A DNA stretch of 64,000 nucleotides from Octopus vulgaris (lineage: Eukaryota), in assembly GCA_951406725.2 (NCBI GenBank), contig OX597837.1:19654001-19718000 (forward strand). The letters run 5' to 3'. Numbering within the stretch: the first letter of the stretch is position 1; every line of letters begins with the position of its first letter. The notes under the pieces are model-generated. The model was not told the DNA's origin and ran no database searches. It worked only from the letters and a program-made list of their open reading frames with translations. Position numbers and translations under genes: made by a program. Shown here in pieces: positions 1 to 14,208 of the stretch.

Positions 1-301
1 CCATAAACTTGGCTTGCTGGGAACGACGCATTCAACTTACAGTAACTGGGTCCCTGTCTACAAAGTCTAACTCGGACGACCGTAGAGCTCACAAATTGGA
101 GTCGAACACTTTACAGAGTGGACAACGAATGCTATCCCTAGCTGCTGACCTACAGAATACTCTTTCTAGCTAAGATCTGGTTGACTCGATATGCTTTGTC
201 CATTTCCACATTGACGCAACCGGAAATCCAGTCGGTACATGTCTAAATAGGAAGTAGGTTTACGAAGCTTTTGCATCCCTTCTCCTATCAATTATCATTT
301 G

Positions 302-1200
302 TTATTGATTAACATTTAATGTCCTCCTCATCACCTTCATCACACACAGCATGTGTGGTGTGCGTCGAGGCACATCTTGGCAGCGAGGTTTGTTGTTGCT
401 TTCGGCTGATATTGTTACCGCTGTCTGGGATGTTGTAATGGCGTATATTTCTATTGCTTCCACTGTTGTTATTGCGGTTGTTGTGGCTTTCGTTGATGTA
501 GTTGCTGCAGTTACTATTTTTGCTGATGTTGTTGCTCCTGCTGTTGCTGCTGTTTTTGCGGCCGTTGGTTTTACTCTTACTGCCGTTGATACTATAGTGA
601 CTGCCTGCTGCTGCTGATGGGCTGATGTTTTGCTGGTGTTATTGCCCTTTTTGTCGATGGTATACGCAGAAGTAGTGGTCTTTCCTTTTTTGCTGTGGAC
701 AAATTTGATGTGATTTATGTCACCACACAAGTGATACGTCGGCCTTCTGCCATCAACGGCCCCGTATAATTTTCTGCCGTTCGGCAGACTGATCACTTAC
801 GGGATTGATTCCATGCTTCGGTGATCCCTTTAAATCCATCCCCTGGCCTGACCCATTTTGTTTTCGCAGTCTTTCTAACTTTAGAATATTGGCTTTTGTC
901 TTCTATATCAAAAAAGACAGCTTCCACAAACCAGTAAACGTTTCTGTCTAATGACACTTTGACTATCTTTATTTTAAGTATCCTACGGTCACCGTAGATT
1001 GTCTTGAGAATAAGTTCGTCACTCCTTACCTTTGTTATGGATTGCTTCTTGGCCTCATCCTGCGTAGGAACTCTCTCCTCTACCGTGCCGTGCTTTTTCC
1101 TCTGGCCTATGTTTTGACCGCCCCAGATCGATCTGAAGCAATGGACTATTCCACAGTTGTGTCGCTTGCTCTATCTCTCTACTTTTTGTAGCAAGATTTT
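302..1200 (-). pseudogene. Decayed gag/ORF1-like gene of a non-LTR retrotransposon (degenerate CCHC knuckle followed by a T/A/Q-rich tail)
   Basis: The ORF 302..796 reads AVDGRRPTYHLCGDINHIKFV, a degenerate Cx2Cx4Hx4C. The same layout occurs at 19990-21075 and 25850-26740. Confidence 0.55.
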
Positions 1201-1852
1201 ACATTCTGATGTTTGTTTACTGCTCAATAGATTCCGGAATGTTGACTTTCAGACCACATTAATATGTTCTAAGATAAAATTATTTCTTCCTCTATTTTGC
1301 GGACAGTGTCATTGAATCCGCCAACGCTAAATTTACAAGTTACCATTTATATTTTGCGTTGGCGCTAATGGCGTTGGTGGAGGTGGAACGTGTAGATGTG
1401 TTAAATAGACAATTAGACGGTTTTGTGCTTTTCTACAGTCTCTGTCTTGTTATTGTTGTTTTCATTTTCCGGCTTGTTGCAGTTGTTCTATTCTTTTGCC
1501 ATGTTGTTGATGTTGCATTTAGCATTGGTGACGGTGCAGATGGTGGTATTTTGCTGTAAATGTTGGTGGGGACGGTATCAGAAAACAGCTCTTCCAATCA
1601 ATGATTTCACTCCCTTAACTATTTACCGAAAATTCGACGCCACGTTTTGTTATTTATTTATTTATTTGTTTTTTCAGGATGGATAGACTTTAGTAAGTAA
1701 AACAGAGATTTTGTCCAGAATTCATGAAAATTTAAGGAAACCCACTTGCTTCAGAGTGCTGGTTGATTTTGACAACAACAAAGTCCAACTGTAAACCCAC
1801 AAGGCTCTGAAAAGACATCCACTTTTTGCAATTATTATTATTATCATTATAA

Positions 1853-2413
1853 ATGCCCATTTACAGTACCAGGTAGTGGCTCTCATAGCTTCTGCATCTT
1901 AACTGACTGGAGATGTTATCATCAACAATGATAATAATGTCTTTGTATAAAAGATGAGCTACAGCAAATATTCTGCTCAATACCACAAATTTGTTTGTCA
2001 GTTGCTTGACCGTAACCAGTTGAACAGGTCCCTTAGTGGATGACGATATGTGCATCTCAGATCACGAGCAGAAGAAGTGGGGGAGCATCATAGCCATGTC
2101 TTGAGAGAAATTCTTTGGGGTTGGGATAATTCACCTTTGTAAACATGGGTGTTTTGTTCGTCATCCTTAAATAACCCTTATACAGGGACCTATTGAGCAG
2201 GATGGGCTATTCGACCTGCTGAAAATTCTAACTCGACCCCACCTGCAAACTCACGTGCTGTTTACCTTGATATGAGATCACTATGTCATGCACATATAGT
2301 TACGAGGCATGTGCCTGGTGTACCATTATCAGACGGGTAGTCATGCTCGGGATACTGGGTTTCGTACAGTTTACCCCAATGTCACTTTGATGGCATACAC
2401 TACTCTCTCACTC
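1853..2413. mobile_element. Unclassified interspersed repeat sitting between (ATT)/(AAT) tracts
   Basis: Complex ~560 bp island bounded by attattatt (1832-1850) and aataatgataataat (2414-2428). It resembles a common octopus repeat from memory; class and orientation unresolved. Confidence 0.4.
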
Positions 2414-2429
2414 AATAATGATAATAATA

Positions 2430-2677
2430 CAGGTATAAACAAATGGCTGACAGAGATTGAAAGAGGACGCCCGGTAGAGCTCCTACAGGAAGTTTGTCTC
2501 TTAGGGACAGCAAGGAATATCAGGAGGGTCCCAAGCACTTGAAAGACTGCTGAAAACTTGTGGAAACTTAAGGTTACAGGAATAATACAGAGCATGCGTC
2601 AAATCAAAATAATAATGATAATAATAATAATGATAATAATAATAATGATAATAATAATAATGATAATAATAATAATG

Positions 2678-2739
<62 letters not shown>
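2430..2739 (+). mobile_element. 3' end of an R4/Dong-type RLE retrotransposon with (TAA)n tail
   Basis: Translates as ELLQEVCLLGTARNIRRVPST*, matching the LQKxxLLGTAxILRxVL C-terminus. A short UTR and (TAA)n at 2610-2739 follow. Confidence 0.75.
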
Positions 2740-2744
2740 CCTTT

Positions 2745-2935
2745 CTGCTGTAGGCACAAGGCCTAAAATGTGGAGGAGGGGGTTCCTCGATTACATCGAT
2801 TCCACTGTTGAGTCGGTACTTATTTCTTCGACCCCGAAAAGATGAGAGGTAACGTCGACCTCAACGGAATATGAACCCAGAACGTAAAAGCGGGCGAAAT
2901 GCCGCTAAGCATTTTCTTCAGCATGCTAATGATTT
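2745..2935 (-). mobile_element. tRNA-derived SINE, family S1 (MetaSINE-like core)
   Basis: Reverse complement of the S1 pattern (atgcttagcgg...gttctgggttc...gtcgac...tttcggggtcga...gtacc) seen in many copies in this window. Confidence 0.7.
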
Positions 2936-3940
2936 TGCGAGTTTAAGAGAACCTGTAGAAGGTACAGATGATCATGAAATGAAAATTCCTGTTCTGAATT
3001 GAAAAGTGGACGGAATTCTGATTTAAGCAACTCACATGAACACGCGTAACTTGTTAATTGTTTGAAGTTTTTAGAAACGTTTTGCGAGTTTGTGTTCTAC
3101 ACACGGGAATTCATACGATTATGCAGAAACAAAAATTTATGTGTGATCTAATGACGGTTTAGCTGTTATTCTTAGCACATCTCACGACCACCTGATCCCT
3201 TCCTCGTTTCTTTATCACTGACATATATTGATGTTTTTTAATATTTTCTCCACGAAACACATTTAATGGAATGATGATACACCCGAGAGTGGTCCATTGC
3301 TGGGATTTAAGCAAAACATTCGGACTGTCCATATTGTAAATTCGAAGATTTATGTATTTATTGTGGTGGTGGGTTTAATCGTATGAATAACCGCGTGTTA
3401 AAAACATAAAACAGTTACAAGGGGTTACACGGAGTGCTTAAAGCAGAATTCTGCCGAAAATTGGCCGTCAGCATGTTAGCTGTCTATTGCTTTATCTCTG
3501 TATAGTGAATACAAATGACTAGTATCGACTTCTTCTTTCAATCACTCTAGACAATAAACAAGAGTCCCATGTCTTAATAGAGAATTTTAGGAATGAAACA
3601 AAAGCTCAGGAAGAAAAAAAACAAGTTGGTCAAGGATGCGACTTTTCAGGTTAACCCTCAGGACAGCGATGCGATTGGTCGATCTTGTTGAAAAAGTAAC
3701 AAATTCTTGCTCATATCAGACCTGACGGTCTTTCGAAGGGTCCAAGATAGATGACAAAAAACTCATGGATGGAATGTGAATGATTACAAAATGTGTTTGT
3801 TCAAAGTCGATTTGACACTAAAACAATAACGCAAGCCAAAGTTAGAAATATTACTAAATTTCCATTGACATATGCGCACAAGAATACACATATGCACGCA
3901 CGCCTACATACATACATACATACATACATACATACATACA

Positions 3941-3974
<34 letters not shown>

Positions 3975-4135
3975 CATACGTAGATACATACATACATACA
4001 TACATACATACATACATACATACATACATACATACATGCATGCATACATACATACATACATACGAACATACACTGTTGTTGATGTTGAAATTCCAGTGAA
4101 GGAGCTTTGGAGTTTTCATCACTAGCTGGTGATTA

Positions 4136-4182
4136 ACACACGCTGGGGACGGGTAACCACCCAGAAGCTCGAGTCCGTGTGT
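4136..4182 (+). ncRNA. Type I hammerhead motif with mutated core (CTGGGGA/GAAG)
   Basis: acacacg-CTGGGGA-c-gggt-aacc-accc-a-GAAG-ctcgagtc-cgtgtgt. Same family as the intact motif at 50702-50746. Confidence 0.65.
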
Positions 4183-4347
4183 ATCACGTAAGGCTAGAGA
4201 CTGGAGTGATAACCTCCCCTCGCAAATACTAATCAGACACAGAATATGTCGTTAGCCAACTGGAAGAGATGTCTTCTTGGGGCTATAAACTCAGTAGCAC
4301 TGTCCCGTATAGGACGCCACACTCGGTTGGCAGTTATATATATATAT

Positions 4348-4393
<46 letters not shown>

Positions 4394-4692
4394 TAGGAGT
4401 TTTCGTGAACTGCTGTAATGTGACAGGTATGTATTATAAGTGCTCAGTTTGTTCCCCCACTAAAACTGCAGCTTCAACTGCAACTGAGAAACGTGCTTCT
4501 GAAAATGGCTATCAAAGGTGGCTATAAGTGGTCTCTCCTTGAGCGAGTGGATACAGATTAAAATAGAAAATGAATAAGCAAAATATGTAGCTTTTTTTAA
4601 CATGGATGTTCCTGATACATTCCTTCTTCTCTCGGCGAACTGGAAAGATGTTATATCCTCATTTGGGGTATTCCTCATTTCTATATTTTGTG

Positions 4693-4753
<61 letters not shown>

Positions 4754-5736
4754 TCTCTCTTATGATGGAATACTAAGCTTATGTGGAATCCTTATTCAAC
4801 ATTATGACCCACATGCCAAGCTTGTGGATCATAATATTTTAGAAACAGCTGTAAGGGACTTCAACTTTTTATCATAACTATTCTACACTATGTTTCTCTT
4901 CTCTATTCAAATGCTTTTCGAATGCCTGGCTTTTTCGCTTTTTACTTTAATCTATCTGTCTAATCTATGTATCTGTCTAATATATGTATGCATATGTGTA
5001 TGTGAGTGTGTATTTGTGTGTGTGTGTATGAATGTATGTGTAGGTATGTGTGAGTTTAAGTGTGTATTGTCCGCCTATTTTCCATGCTGTTTGTTTTGTG
5101 TTTTATTAGTTGCACTACTCTAATGAAGGTCATCTATTTGTTTTTATTCGGTGCTATTTAGTAACATACCTGTACGTTCTGAGTTCAATTTCCGCCGAGA
5201 AAGATTTCACGTCTTTAATTCCTTGGTTCTAGAGGTGAATTATTGAATAACACAAGAAAACTACATGCATGAAGTAAATAATAACATGGAAATGAAGTAT
5301 TGAAAGTGTCAGGTCATGGTGACGGGAGATGAACGTGCAAAACAAGTAATGACATCAACATAGATGTCGCCTCAATCAACCGTGTGGTTGGAAGGGGAAA
5401 TCGAGGTTGGGAGGAACTTAGAGATCAGGAAAATGATGGAAAGTGTAATGGTTCGGTGACATAAGTTGGATCACTGGGTCATTCGTTAATGTAAACGTGT
5501 TTAGAGCAAAATGAAAGGTAAAAAGAAATGAGACGCGTGGAGAGAGAGAGAGAAAAAGGGAGAGAGAGAGAGAGAGGGGGGGAGAGAGAGGGGGAGAGAG
5601 AGGGAGAGACAGAGAGAAAAAAGTAGAGGAATAGAGAGAGATATCAATATTTGATACCTTTTGTGTACGCGAAATATCAATATTTTATTGAACGGGTGCA
5701 GGGTGGCTTCATAACTTCATAACATACTTCGCCGAC

Positions 5737-5840
5737 GTCGTCGTCGTCGTCGTCACTGTTATCCTCGTCATCACTCTCTTTCCTGTCCGCTTCTTCAGCA
5801 TCGTCTTCAGCATCTTCGCCTCGATCAGTTTCCTTCCTGC

Positions 5841-5887
<47 letters not shown>

Positions 5888-6130
5888 CCATTGTCATCAT
5901 TTTCATCGTCGTCGTTGCCGTCCACGTCACCACCACCACCACCACCACCATCATCATCTACTACCACTGACACTACAACGACCATCATCCCCATCATCCT
6001 TGTCGTATTCATCATCACCAACAACACCACCGTCATCATCATTCTCATCACCCTCATCATCATCATCATCGTCGTCATCATTGTCATCATCGTCATCATC
6101 ATCATCAGCATTATCATTATCATCATCATA
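5737..6130. repeat. Compound (CAT)n/(CAC)n/(CGT)n microsatellite
   Basis: Directly visible trinucleotide runs. Confidence 0.9.
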
Positions 6131-6185
6131 ATCTATACCTTTGTAACTATATAATTCTACTGCTATGATTCCTAAACTGCTGTTG

Positions 6186-6600
6186 AGGCGGCGAGCTGGC
6201 TGAACTGTTAGCACACCGGGAAAAAATGCTTAGAAGCATTTCATTCGTCTTTACATTCTGAGTTCAAATTCCACCGAGATCAACTTTGTTTTCTTTACCG
6301 ATAAAATCGGTACCAGTTGGGCACTGGGGGTTATCGACATGTTCCCTACCCCACAATTGCTGGCATTGTGCGTATAATAGATAGGAGTATTAATGAGGTG
6401 AAAGACGGAGAACTGGCAAAATTGTTAGCACACCGGACGGAATGCTTAATGGCATTTCGACCGTCATGACGTTCTGATTTCAAATTCCGCCAAGTTCCAC
6501 TTTTCCTGTCTTCCTTTCGGGGGTCGATAAAATTAGTATCATTTGAGCGATGTAATCGACTTGGGTCTAATTGCTAGCATTGTGCCAAAATTCGAAACCC
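6186..6600 (+). mobile_element. Two adjacent S1 SINE copies
   Basis: ggcggcgagctggc...gttagcac...atgcttag...ttctgagttcaaattcc...gtaccagtt, repeated at ~6186 and ~6408. Confidence 0.75.
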
Positions 6601-6929
6601 TTATTACTACACTTGTCAATTACCGTACTACCCCACTGACATAGTATTAAAGAGCTATAGTACAGCACAGCTATACTACAATACTGCCATACTACTCTAC
6701 TGCTCTAGTAGTGTTCTGCTAAAGTTTATTGTTTTCTACAATAACAACCTTTCCATTTCTATTCAGTACTATATTATTGTTATAATTATACACCGATTTA
6801 TCGATCTCAAGAAAACAAACTCATCACAAAGATTGAACATTTTTTAAAAAATTTCTTTTAAACTACACCTGCCTGGCGGTCTGTCTGCCAGTCTGACTGC
6901 CTATGTATTTCTCTGTCTGTCTATCTGAT

Positions 6930-6979
<50 letters not shown>

Positions 6980-7139
6980 TATTTTTCTTTCTACATTTCT
7001 CTCTCTGTGTACACACACACGAACATATATGTATATGTATGTATTTATTTGTATAAATATATCTATATTTGTATATGTATGCATGTATATATGCATACAC
7101 ATATATATGTATGTGTCTGTGTGTGTTTATATGTATGCC

Positions 7140-7174
<35 letters not shown>

Positions 7175-7196
7175 GTATGTATATATACATAAATAA

Positions 7197-7239
<43 letters not shown>

Positions 7240-7364
7240 CATATGTATAGATACATATGTATATATGGAAATCTACACATGTATATATGTGTGTGCGTTT
7301 GTGTGCGTGTATTACTGATGCACACACGCACGCACGCACAGTCAAATAAACACTTACACACGCG

Positions 7365-7404
<40 letters not shown>

Positions 7405-7901
7405 TACATACACACAATTGACATTTCCAAGGATTACACTTGGCGACATTGAGTCAACTTTCCGACGTCGGAGGCAAATTTACTCTTCACTACGGACGTG
7501 GTTGTTGTTGCTGATGATGGTGATGATGGTGGTCATGATAATGATGGTGATGATGACGATGGTAATGATGATGACGGAGAGGAGAAGGAGGAGGGGGAGG
7601 TAGAGGAGGATGGTGATCAGCAAAACAGAAATATAAAATCAATTACAGGAACATTTTTTAAAAGATATTTTTAATCAACAAAAAATATTTATAAACCCAC
7701 CAAGAGAAATGTTACCTTTATTTGGGAAAATGGTTTGCATCATCAAATCTATTTGTCTGTCTGTTTGTGTGTACGTGCGTATATTTGTAGGTATATATGC
7801 GTGTATGTATGTATGTATGTATGTATGTATGTATGTATGTATGTATGTATGTATGTATGTATGTATGTATGTATTTATGTATGTATACATGCATGCATGT
7901 A

Positions 7902-7941
<40 letters not shown>

Positions 7942-8155
7942 TCTATCTACTTACCTACCTATCTATCCGTCTGTCTCTCTTTCTATCTATCTATCTATCT
8001 ATCTATCTTCCTTCCTTTTTCCTTTTTCTTTTTTTTTTCTTTTTTCTTTTTTTTTTTTTTTTTTTTTCTATCTATCTATCTATCTATCTATCTATGTACA
8101 GCCCTGTGTGGCCAATAAAGAAACTTATCTATCTATCTATCTCTCTCTATATATA

Positions 8156-8206
<51 letters not shown>

Positions 8207-8343
8207 ATATATATATATATATATATATATGAGGGAGAGAGAGATAGATTGATTGATAGATAGATGCATCATGTATACGTATGTATGTATGTATGTATGT
8301 ATGTATGTATGTATGTATGTATGTATGTATGTATGTATGTATG

Positions 8344-8374
<31 letters not shown>

Positions 8375-8395
8375 GTGTATGAGTGTGGGTGTATA

Positions 8396-8585
8396 CGAAG
8401 AGGTGCTGAAAAGATCCTGGGTTTGTGTAAAAGAAAATACAGGAGGATCAGTGGATTATGATTTTATTCAACATCTTTCCCCTCTCAGACTCACACACTT
8501 AATGCATCAGTCCTTCAGTATTTCTAAGAACTCGGAAGACCTACCACGATACCCTTAAAGCCAGGAACTTTTCAGCACCCCCTCG
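8396..8585. mobile_element. mariner-type MITE
   Basis: TIRs cgaagaggtgctgaaaagatcctgg / ccaggaacttttcagcaccccctcg, flanked by TA on both sides. A sister copy lies at 48104-48292. Confidence 0.85.
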
Positions 8586-9196
8586 TATAACTCTGTGTGT
8601 GTGTGTGTGTGTATGTGTGTGTGTGTGTGTTTGTGCGTACGCGTGGTTGTAGTTATGTGTAAGTATATGTATACGACTGCTTCTAGTTTTGTATGTCTCT
8701 CCGTGTGTTTGTGAATCTCTCTCTCTCTATCAGTCAGTCGATCGCTCTGTATGTCAATCCCTGAGTTTGCATGTGTATATGTATGTTCATGTATACCTAT
8801 CAATATATGTTTATGTCCATCTGTGTGTACGTGTATGACTAGACAATAAGTGCATTTGTGTGTGTGTATGTATGTATGTATGTGTGTGTGTGCCTGTGTG
8901 TGTGTGTGTGTGTGTGTGAGTGTGTATATATATGTATATATATATATATGATTTTGATTTTGATTTTGATTTTTCCAGTTTCAGCTAATGAGCTGTGGCC
9001 ATGCTGGGGCACCGCCATTATATATATATATGTATGTATGTATGTATATACGGATATGAACTGTGTGGTAAGAAGCTTGCGTCCCAGTCGCATGGATCCG
9101 GGTTCAGTGCGACTGCATGGTCACCTTAGGTAAATATCTCCTACTGTAGACTCAAGCCAATCAAACCCTCGTGAGTAGATTTGGTCGAAAATGGAG

Positions 9197-9572
9197 AAAA
9201 TGGAGAAATATTGATGAACAACAATTGACTTACACCAATTATTATTTTTTAATTCAATACAAATAGACTGCTTCCTATCTAACAGCTGTTTCTGCTTCCA
9301 ATGTTACATGGTATTCCCTTTGATATGCTAAAAATTAATATTCATCCTATTTGGTAATAAAATAATGAAGCCCACTGTGATGAAACTCCATGTTCCAGAT
9401 TTGTTTTATTACCACCTATGATGAATACTATTTTTTAGCATATCAATGACAATACCATGTAACATTGGAATCAGAAACAGCTGTTAGATGAGATGTAGTC
9501 TATTTGAATTGAATTTAAAAAATGATAATTGATGTAAGTCAATTGTTGTTGATAAATACTTCTCCATTTTCT
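9197..9572. mobile_element. Inverted-repeat element with ~150 bp arms and a degenerate hammerhead (Penelope-derived pLTR-like)
   Basis: 9197-9346 is the diverged reverse complement of 9421-9572. The arms carry GAAACAGCTGTT (palindromic stem III) and end in tctccattttc, like 47856. Confidence 0.7.
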
Positions 9573-9626
9573 GTATACTTTATGCGCGCGCGCGCGTGTG
9601 TGTGTCTGTGTGTGTTTGTGTGTGTG

Positions 9627-9945
9627 AAGGCGTGTGGCTTAGTGGTTAGGGGCATTCGGCTCACGATCGTAAGATCGGGAGTTCAATTCCCGGCGCGTGT
9701 TGTGTCCTTGAGCAAGATACTTTATCCCATGTTGCTCCAGTTCACTCAGCTGGTAAAAATGAGTTGTACCTGTATTTCAAAGAGCCAGCCTTGTAACACT
9801 TTTTATCTCGTTGAATCTCCCTGAGAACTACGTTAAGGGCACACGTGTCTGTGGAGAGCTCAGCCACTTACACGTTAATTTCATGAGCAAGCTGCTTCGT
9901 TGATCATATCTGCTGGGACTCTCGTTGTCGTAACCGACGAAGTTC
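9627..9945 (+). mobile_element. tRNA-derived CORE-like SINE, family S3
   Basis: A-box tggcttagtgg, B-box gttcaattcc, then gtgtccttgagcaag. A second copy lies at 60650-60966 (-). Confidence 0.8.
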
Positions 9946-9952
9946 TCCTTCG

Positions 9953-9999
<47 letters not shown>

Positions 10000-10001
<2 letters not shown>

Positions 10002-10928
10002 TGCATCAAATGCCCAAATTGTGAAGAAATATATGTAGGTCAGACGGGAAACGCACTATTAGAACGCTCACGTGTACACCGGCAACAGATTAGAGACCCA
10101 GAGGTCCGTCAGATACCTTTGAGTAACCACCTAGCAACATGTGGCCGGAAAATGTATATAATATTTCCGTTCTACAAATTACACAGCCCAAGTGAAATCG
10201 AGAGGAGAATCAGAGAAAAGAATTTTATTGATAAATTCGAACCCAAGCTAAATAAGCAATAATAATAATACTTAGAGGTATTACTTCCACTGCTACGACC
10301 ATGACCACTAACAAGAACAACAATACTAAAGGTGATCAAGATGAAGATAGCAGGAAAATTATCTTATTTAGGGTTAAAAGTTCTATTGCCACCACCATCA
10401 CCACTAGCAACAATAATTAAGGTGCTGACAATGATGATGATGACAATTGAAATATAAAAATATAAAAATCTCTGACAAAGGATATTTACATTTCTAAAAA
10501 TAACCCAACAATTGCTGCTTCGGCCAGGGTCAAGATACAGGACTCTTGACATGTCCAACAAAGCGTGATGCCTAAACCAATCAGCTCAACCAACCAATCA
10601 GCTTAAGTAATTGAGTGATACTACACACTGATTGGTCAGAATACAGTTTGCAAAACCTAGCACTCTGGAGCCTACCCAGCTGTATTTATAGCACAGAATC
10701 AATCATCTTGCTACAGTCAAAAAATTGTGAAGCATGACTGTCAACACTACTACATGAACCCGAAGATTGCAGAATTCAATGCATGAAAGTACTAGTTCAA
10801 TCAGAATGAACATTTAACATTCTACTATTTTATTTTATTTTATTCAATTATAATATATTATCTTATAATATATCATTATAAGATTGTAAATAAAACGTGA
10901 AAATCAGACAAGGTTGGAATTCCTTTTA

Positions 10929-10930
<2 letters not shown>
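10000..10930 (+). mobile_element. 5'-truncated Penelope-like element: GIY-YIG endonuclease C-terminus plus 3' region with hammerhead, inside (TA)n
   Basis: YCIKCPNCEEIYVGQTG...RSRVH...NHLATC...REKNFIDKFEPKLN* (to 10262). Flanked by (TA)n at 9957-10000 and 10932-10988. Confidence 0.85.
10755..10799 (+). ncRNA. Minimal type I hammerhead ribozyme motif (CCGAAGA core variant)
   Basis: tgaac-CCGAAGA-t-tgca-gaattcaa-tgca-t-GAAA-gtaCTA-gttca: 5-bp stem I and palindromic agtact stem III. Confidence 0.7.
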
Positions 10931-10992
<62 letters not shown>

Positions 10993-12086
10993 CATGTCTA
11001 TGTATGTGTGTATATATATTCGTGCCCGTCGTTGACTGTGAGTTTGCTCTGTGTAAGTGCGTGAGTTTATTTGTGTATGTACACGTGTGTCTGTCCAACC
11101 CGCCCACGCGTATTTTGAAGGTTTGCAGAAGCTAACAGTTGTAGAAAGAAATTCTAATCTACCCGGAAAGAAATACTGAAAATACCCACACACCAACGTT
11201 TTCACCTCGCAATACACACCACCACCACTACCACTACCACCACCAACAACAACACCACCACCTCCACTACCAACACCACCATCACCAAACAACAAGAACC
11301 ATAACCACCACAACCACCACCATAGCCACTACCACAACCAGCAGCACCACCGCCACAACCATCACTATCGTCCTACCAACACCATCACCACCACCACCAC
11401 CACTTCAACATCCCTTCCATCATCACATCAATACTCTTTCATTACATCAATACACCACTCCCACCACCCCAACATAAACAACCCTATCACATTATCTCCT
11501 CCCCGACTACCACCAGTCCACTACATCCTATACCACCACAACATTCACTAATCTTTAGCTAATACATTACGCGAAACTGCCATATCAACACACCAGCCCC
11601 AGACCTTTAAATCGTTCATGAGTCCACGTGGGGGTTTTTACGGAGTCAGTCCACAAACTAGAAATAGCAGCCAATTCGCGCTCAGATCACACCCTATCGT
11701 TATTTACAAAACAGGAAAGGGAAACTTTACATATTTTAATAATTTTTAGTAGTCTCAGCCATCGGAGTGCGGCCATGCTGGGGCACCACTTGAATAGACT
11801 GACCTTGATTTGCACCTATGTGTGTACTTGTGTGTGTGCATGTGTGTGTATATATATATATATATATATACTACGGGCACTTTCTGCCTACCAAATCCAC
11901 TTACAAGGTCGAGGCTAAAGTAGAAGACGCCTAAGGTACTATGTTATGGAAAATGAACCCAAGGACACACGGTGGAGAACCACACAGCTGCGGGATGGCC
12001 AGGTCTGGCTGGATTGCCTTTGATCATTTCTGGTCGATGAGAGATGACCTGTGGCTAAACAACAGCATGAATATTAACAAGTCTGT

Positions 12087-12500
12087 GGCTGTGTGGTAAG
12101 AAGCTTGCATCCCAACTACATGGCTCGGGTTTCAGTCCTACTGCTGGATTTGGTAGATAGAAACCGAAAGAAGCTCATCGTAAATGTATATGTATGTATA
12201 TACATGCATATATATATACATACACACATATATATATATATGTTTGTGTGTGTGTATGTGTGTGTGTGAGTGTGTGTGTTTGTGTGTGTGTGTGTGTGTG
12301 AGTGTGTGTGTGTGTGTGTGTTTGTGCCTTTGTGTCTGTGCTTACGTTCCCATAACTTATCGGCGCAGCATAAGAGGCCGATGGAATAAGTGCTAGGTTT
12401 ACAAAAGAATAAGTCCTGAGATCGATTTGTTCGACTAAAACCCTTGAAGGTAGTGCCCCAGCATGGCCACAGTCAAGTGACTAAAACAAGTAAAAGAATA
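12087..12500 (+). mobile_element. SINE family S2 with internal (TA)/(TG) tract
   Basis: ggctgtgtggtaagaagcttgc...gatttggtaga...ccagcatggccacagtc...aaacaagtaaaaga. Confidence 0.75.
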
Positions 12501-13148
12501 AGCGAATAAGTGTCCGGCGTAGGGCTGGCAGAATCGTTAGGACGTCGGGCAAAATACTTAACCGAGGTCAACTTTGCTTTTCATTCTTTCGAGGTCAGTT
12601 GAGTTCTGTGCCTTCTATAATCGACTCCGCCAATTTCTAGCCTTGTGCCATAATTTGAAACCACTAATTAACGTATCTCAGTTATCATGTAATACGCCAC
12701 CACATCAACACAGCATCATGCAGAACCACACCATGCCTACGTGGTCGTTTGGTCAGCTAAAAATAGCAAATTCACATCCTCCCGTCCGAAAAATGATTAT
12801 GGTAACGAATGCATTGAAATGTCGTAGTTCAAAGTTTCTTTTTACAAAAGCACATGACAGGAAGGTTACGGTTGGAACATATTTTCTCACAAGTTTGCTG
12901 GAAGAGTATCGGACCTTGGGTTAAACAGCATACCATCGCTTTTGCATGCACTAACTAAACTTGTGGTGCAGGGTTTGCTTTCACAAAAGAAATAAATAAA
13001 TGAATAAATAAATAAATAAATAAATAGGTAATAAAAATAAGGCGGGAAAGGACTTTCACTAAAAGTGAGCACATATTTTCATAAGGGCGATCCCGGCCTC
13101 AGCCCCCAGGCACGCATAATCATTTCCGATTTCGTAAGGTGAGAGGGG

Positions 13149-13620
<472 letters not shown>

Positions 13621-14094
13621 AAGAAACGAAAAGAGTGGGAAAAATTGTAATGGAAAAAAATTACGTGTGCACCAAGTCACATATGAATAATCATAAGAGG
13701 AACAACAACTGAAAATATATATATACACAGACACACACATACATTCACACGCACACGCATACACATACATACACACGCACACACACACACCCATATATAT
13801 AAATATGATGCTGTAATAATAAATACATACCTACGTGTGTGTGTGTGTGTGTTTTGTGTTAGTGTTTGTGTCTTTCTGTGTAATATGTGTTTTGGCTACG
13901 TATAGGTGTCTGAAAGACGGATATTTCATATAAAGTCGGGATGTCTGACTGATTGAAGTGGTTCATTGTCATACACTTCCTATTGGGAATGGTTCACTGG
14001 TTTAATCGGGTTTGTGTGTGTGTGTGTGAGTGCGCGCGTGTGCAGGCATGCGTGTGTATGAGGTGGGACATGTATATATGAGTGTGTGCGTATA

Positions 14095-14125
<31 letters not shown>

Positions 14126-14134
14126 ATATAAATA

Positions 14135-14208
<74 letters not shown>

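Noticed and set aside
4756-4860. Functional hammerhead
   Set aside because: GAAACAGCTGTA and a plausible stem I are present, but the core reads ATGATGG. At best a decayed relic.
9627-9700. tRNA gene
   Set aside because: It has A/B boxes but continues into a SINE body that recurs at 60650-60966, so it is a SINE head.
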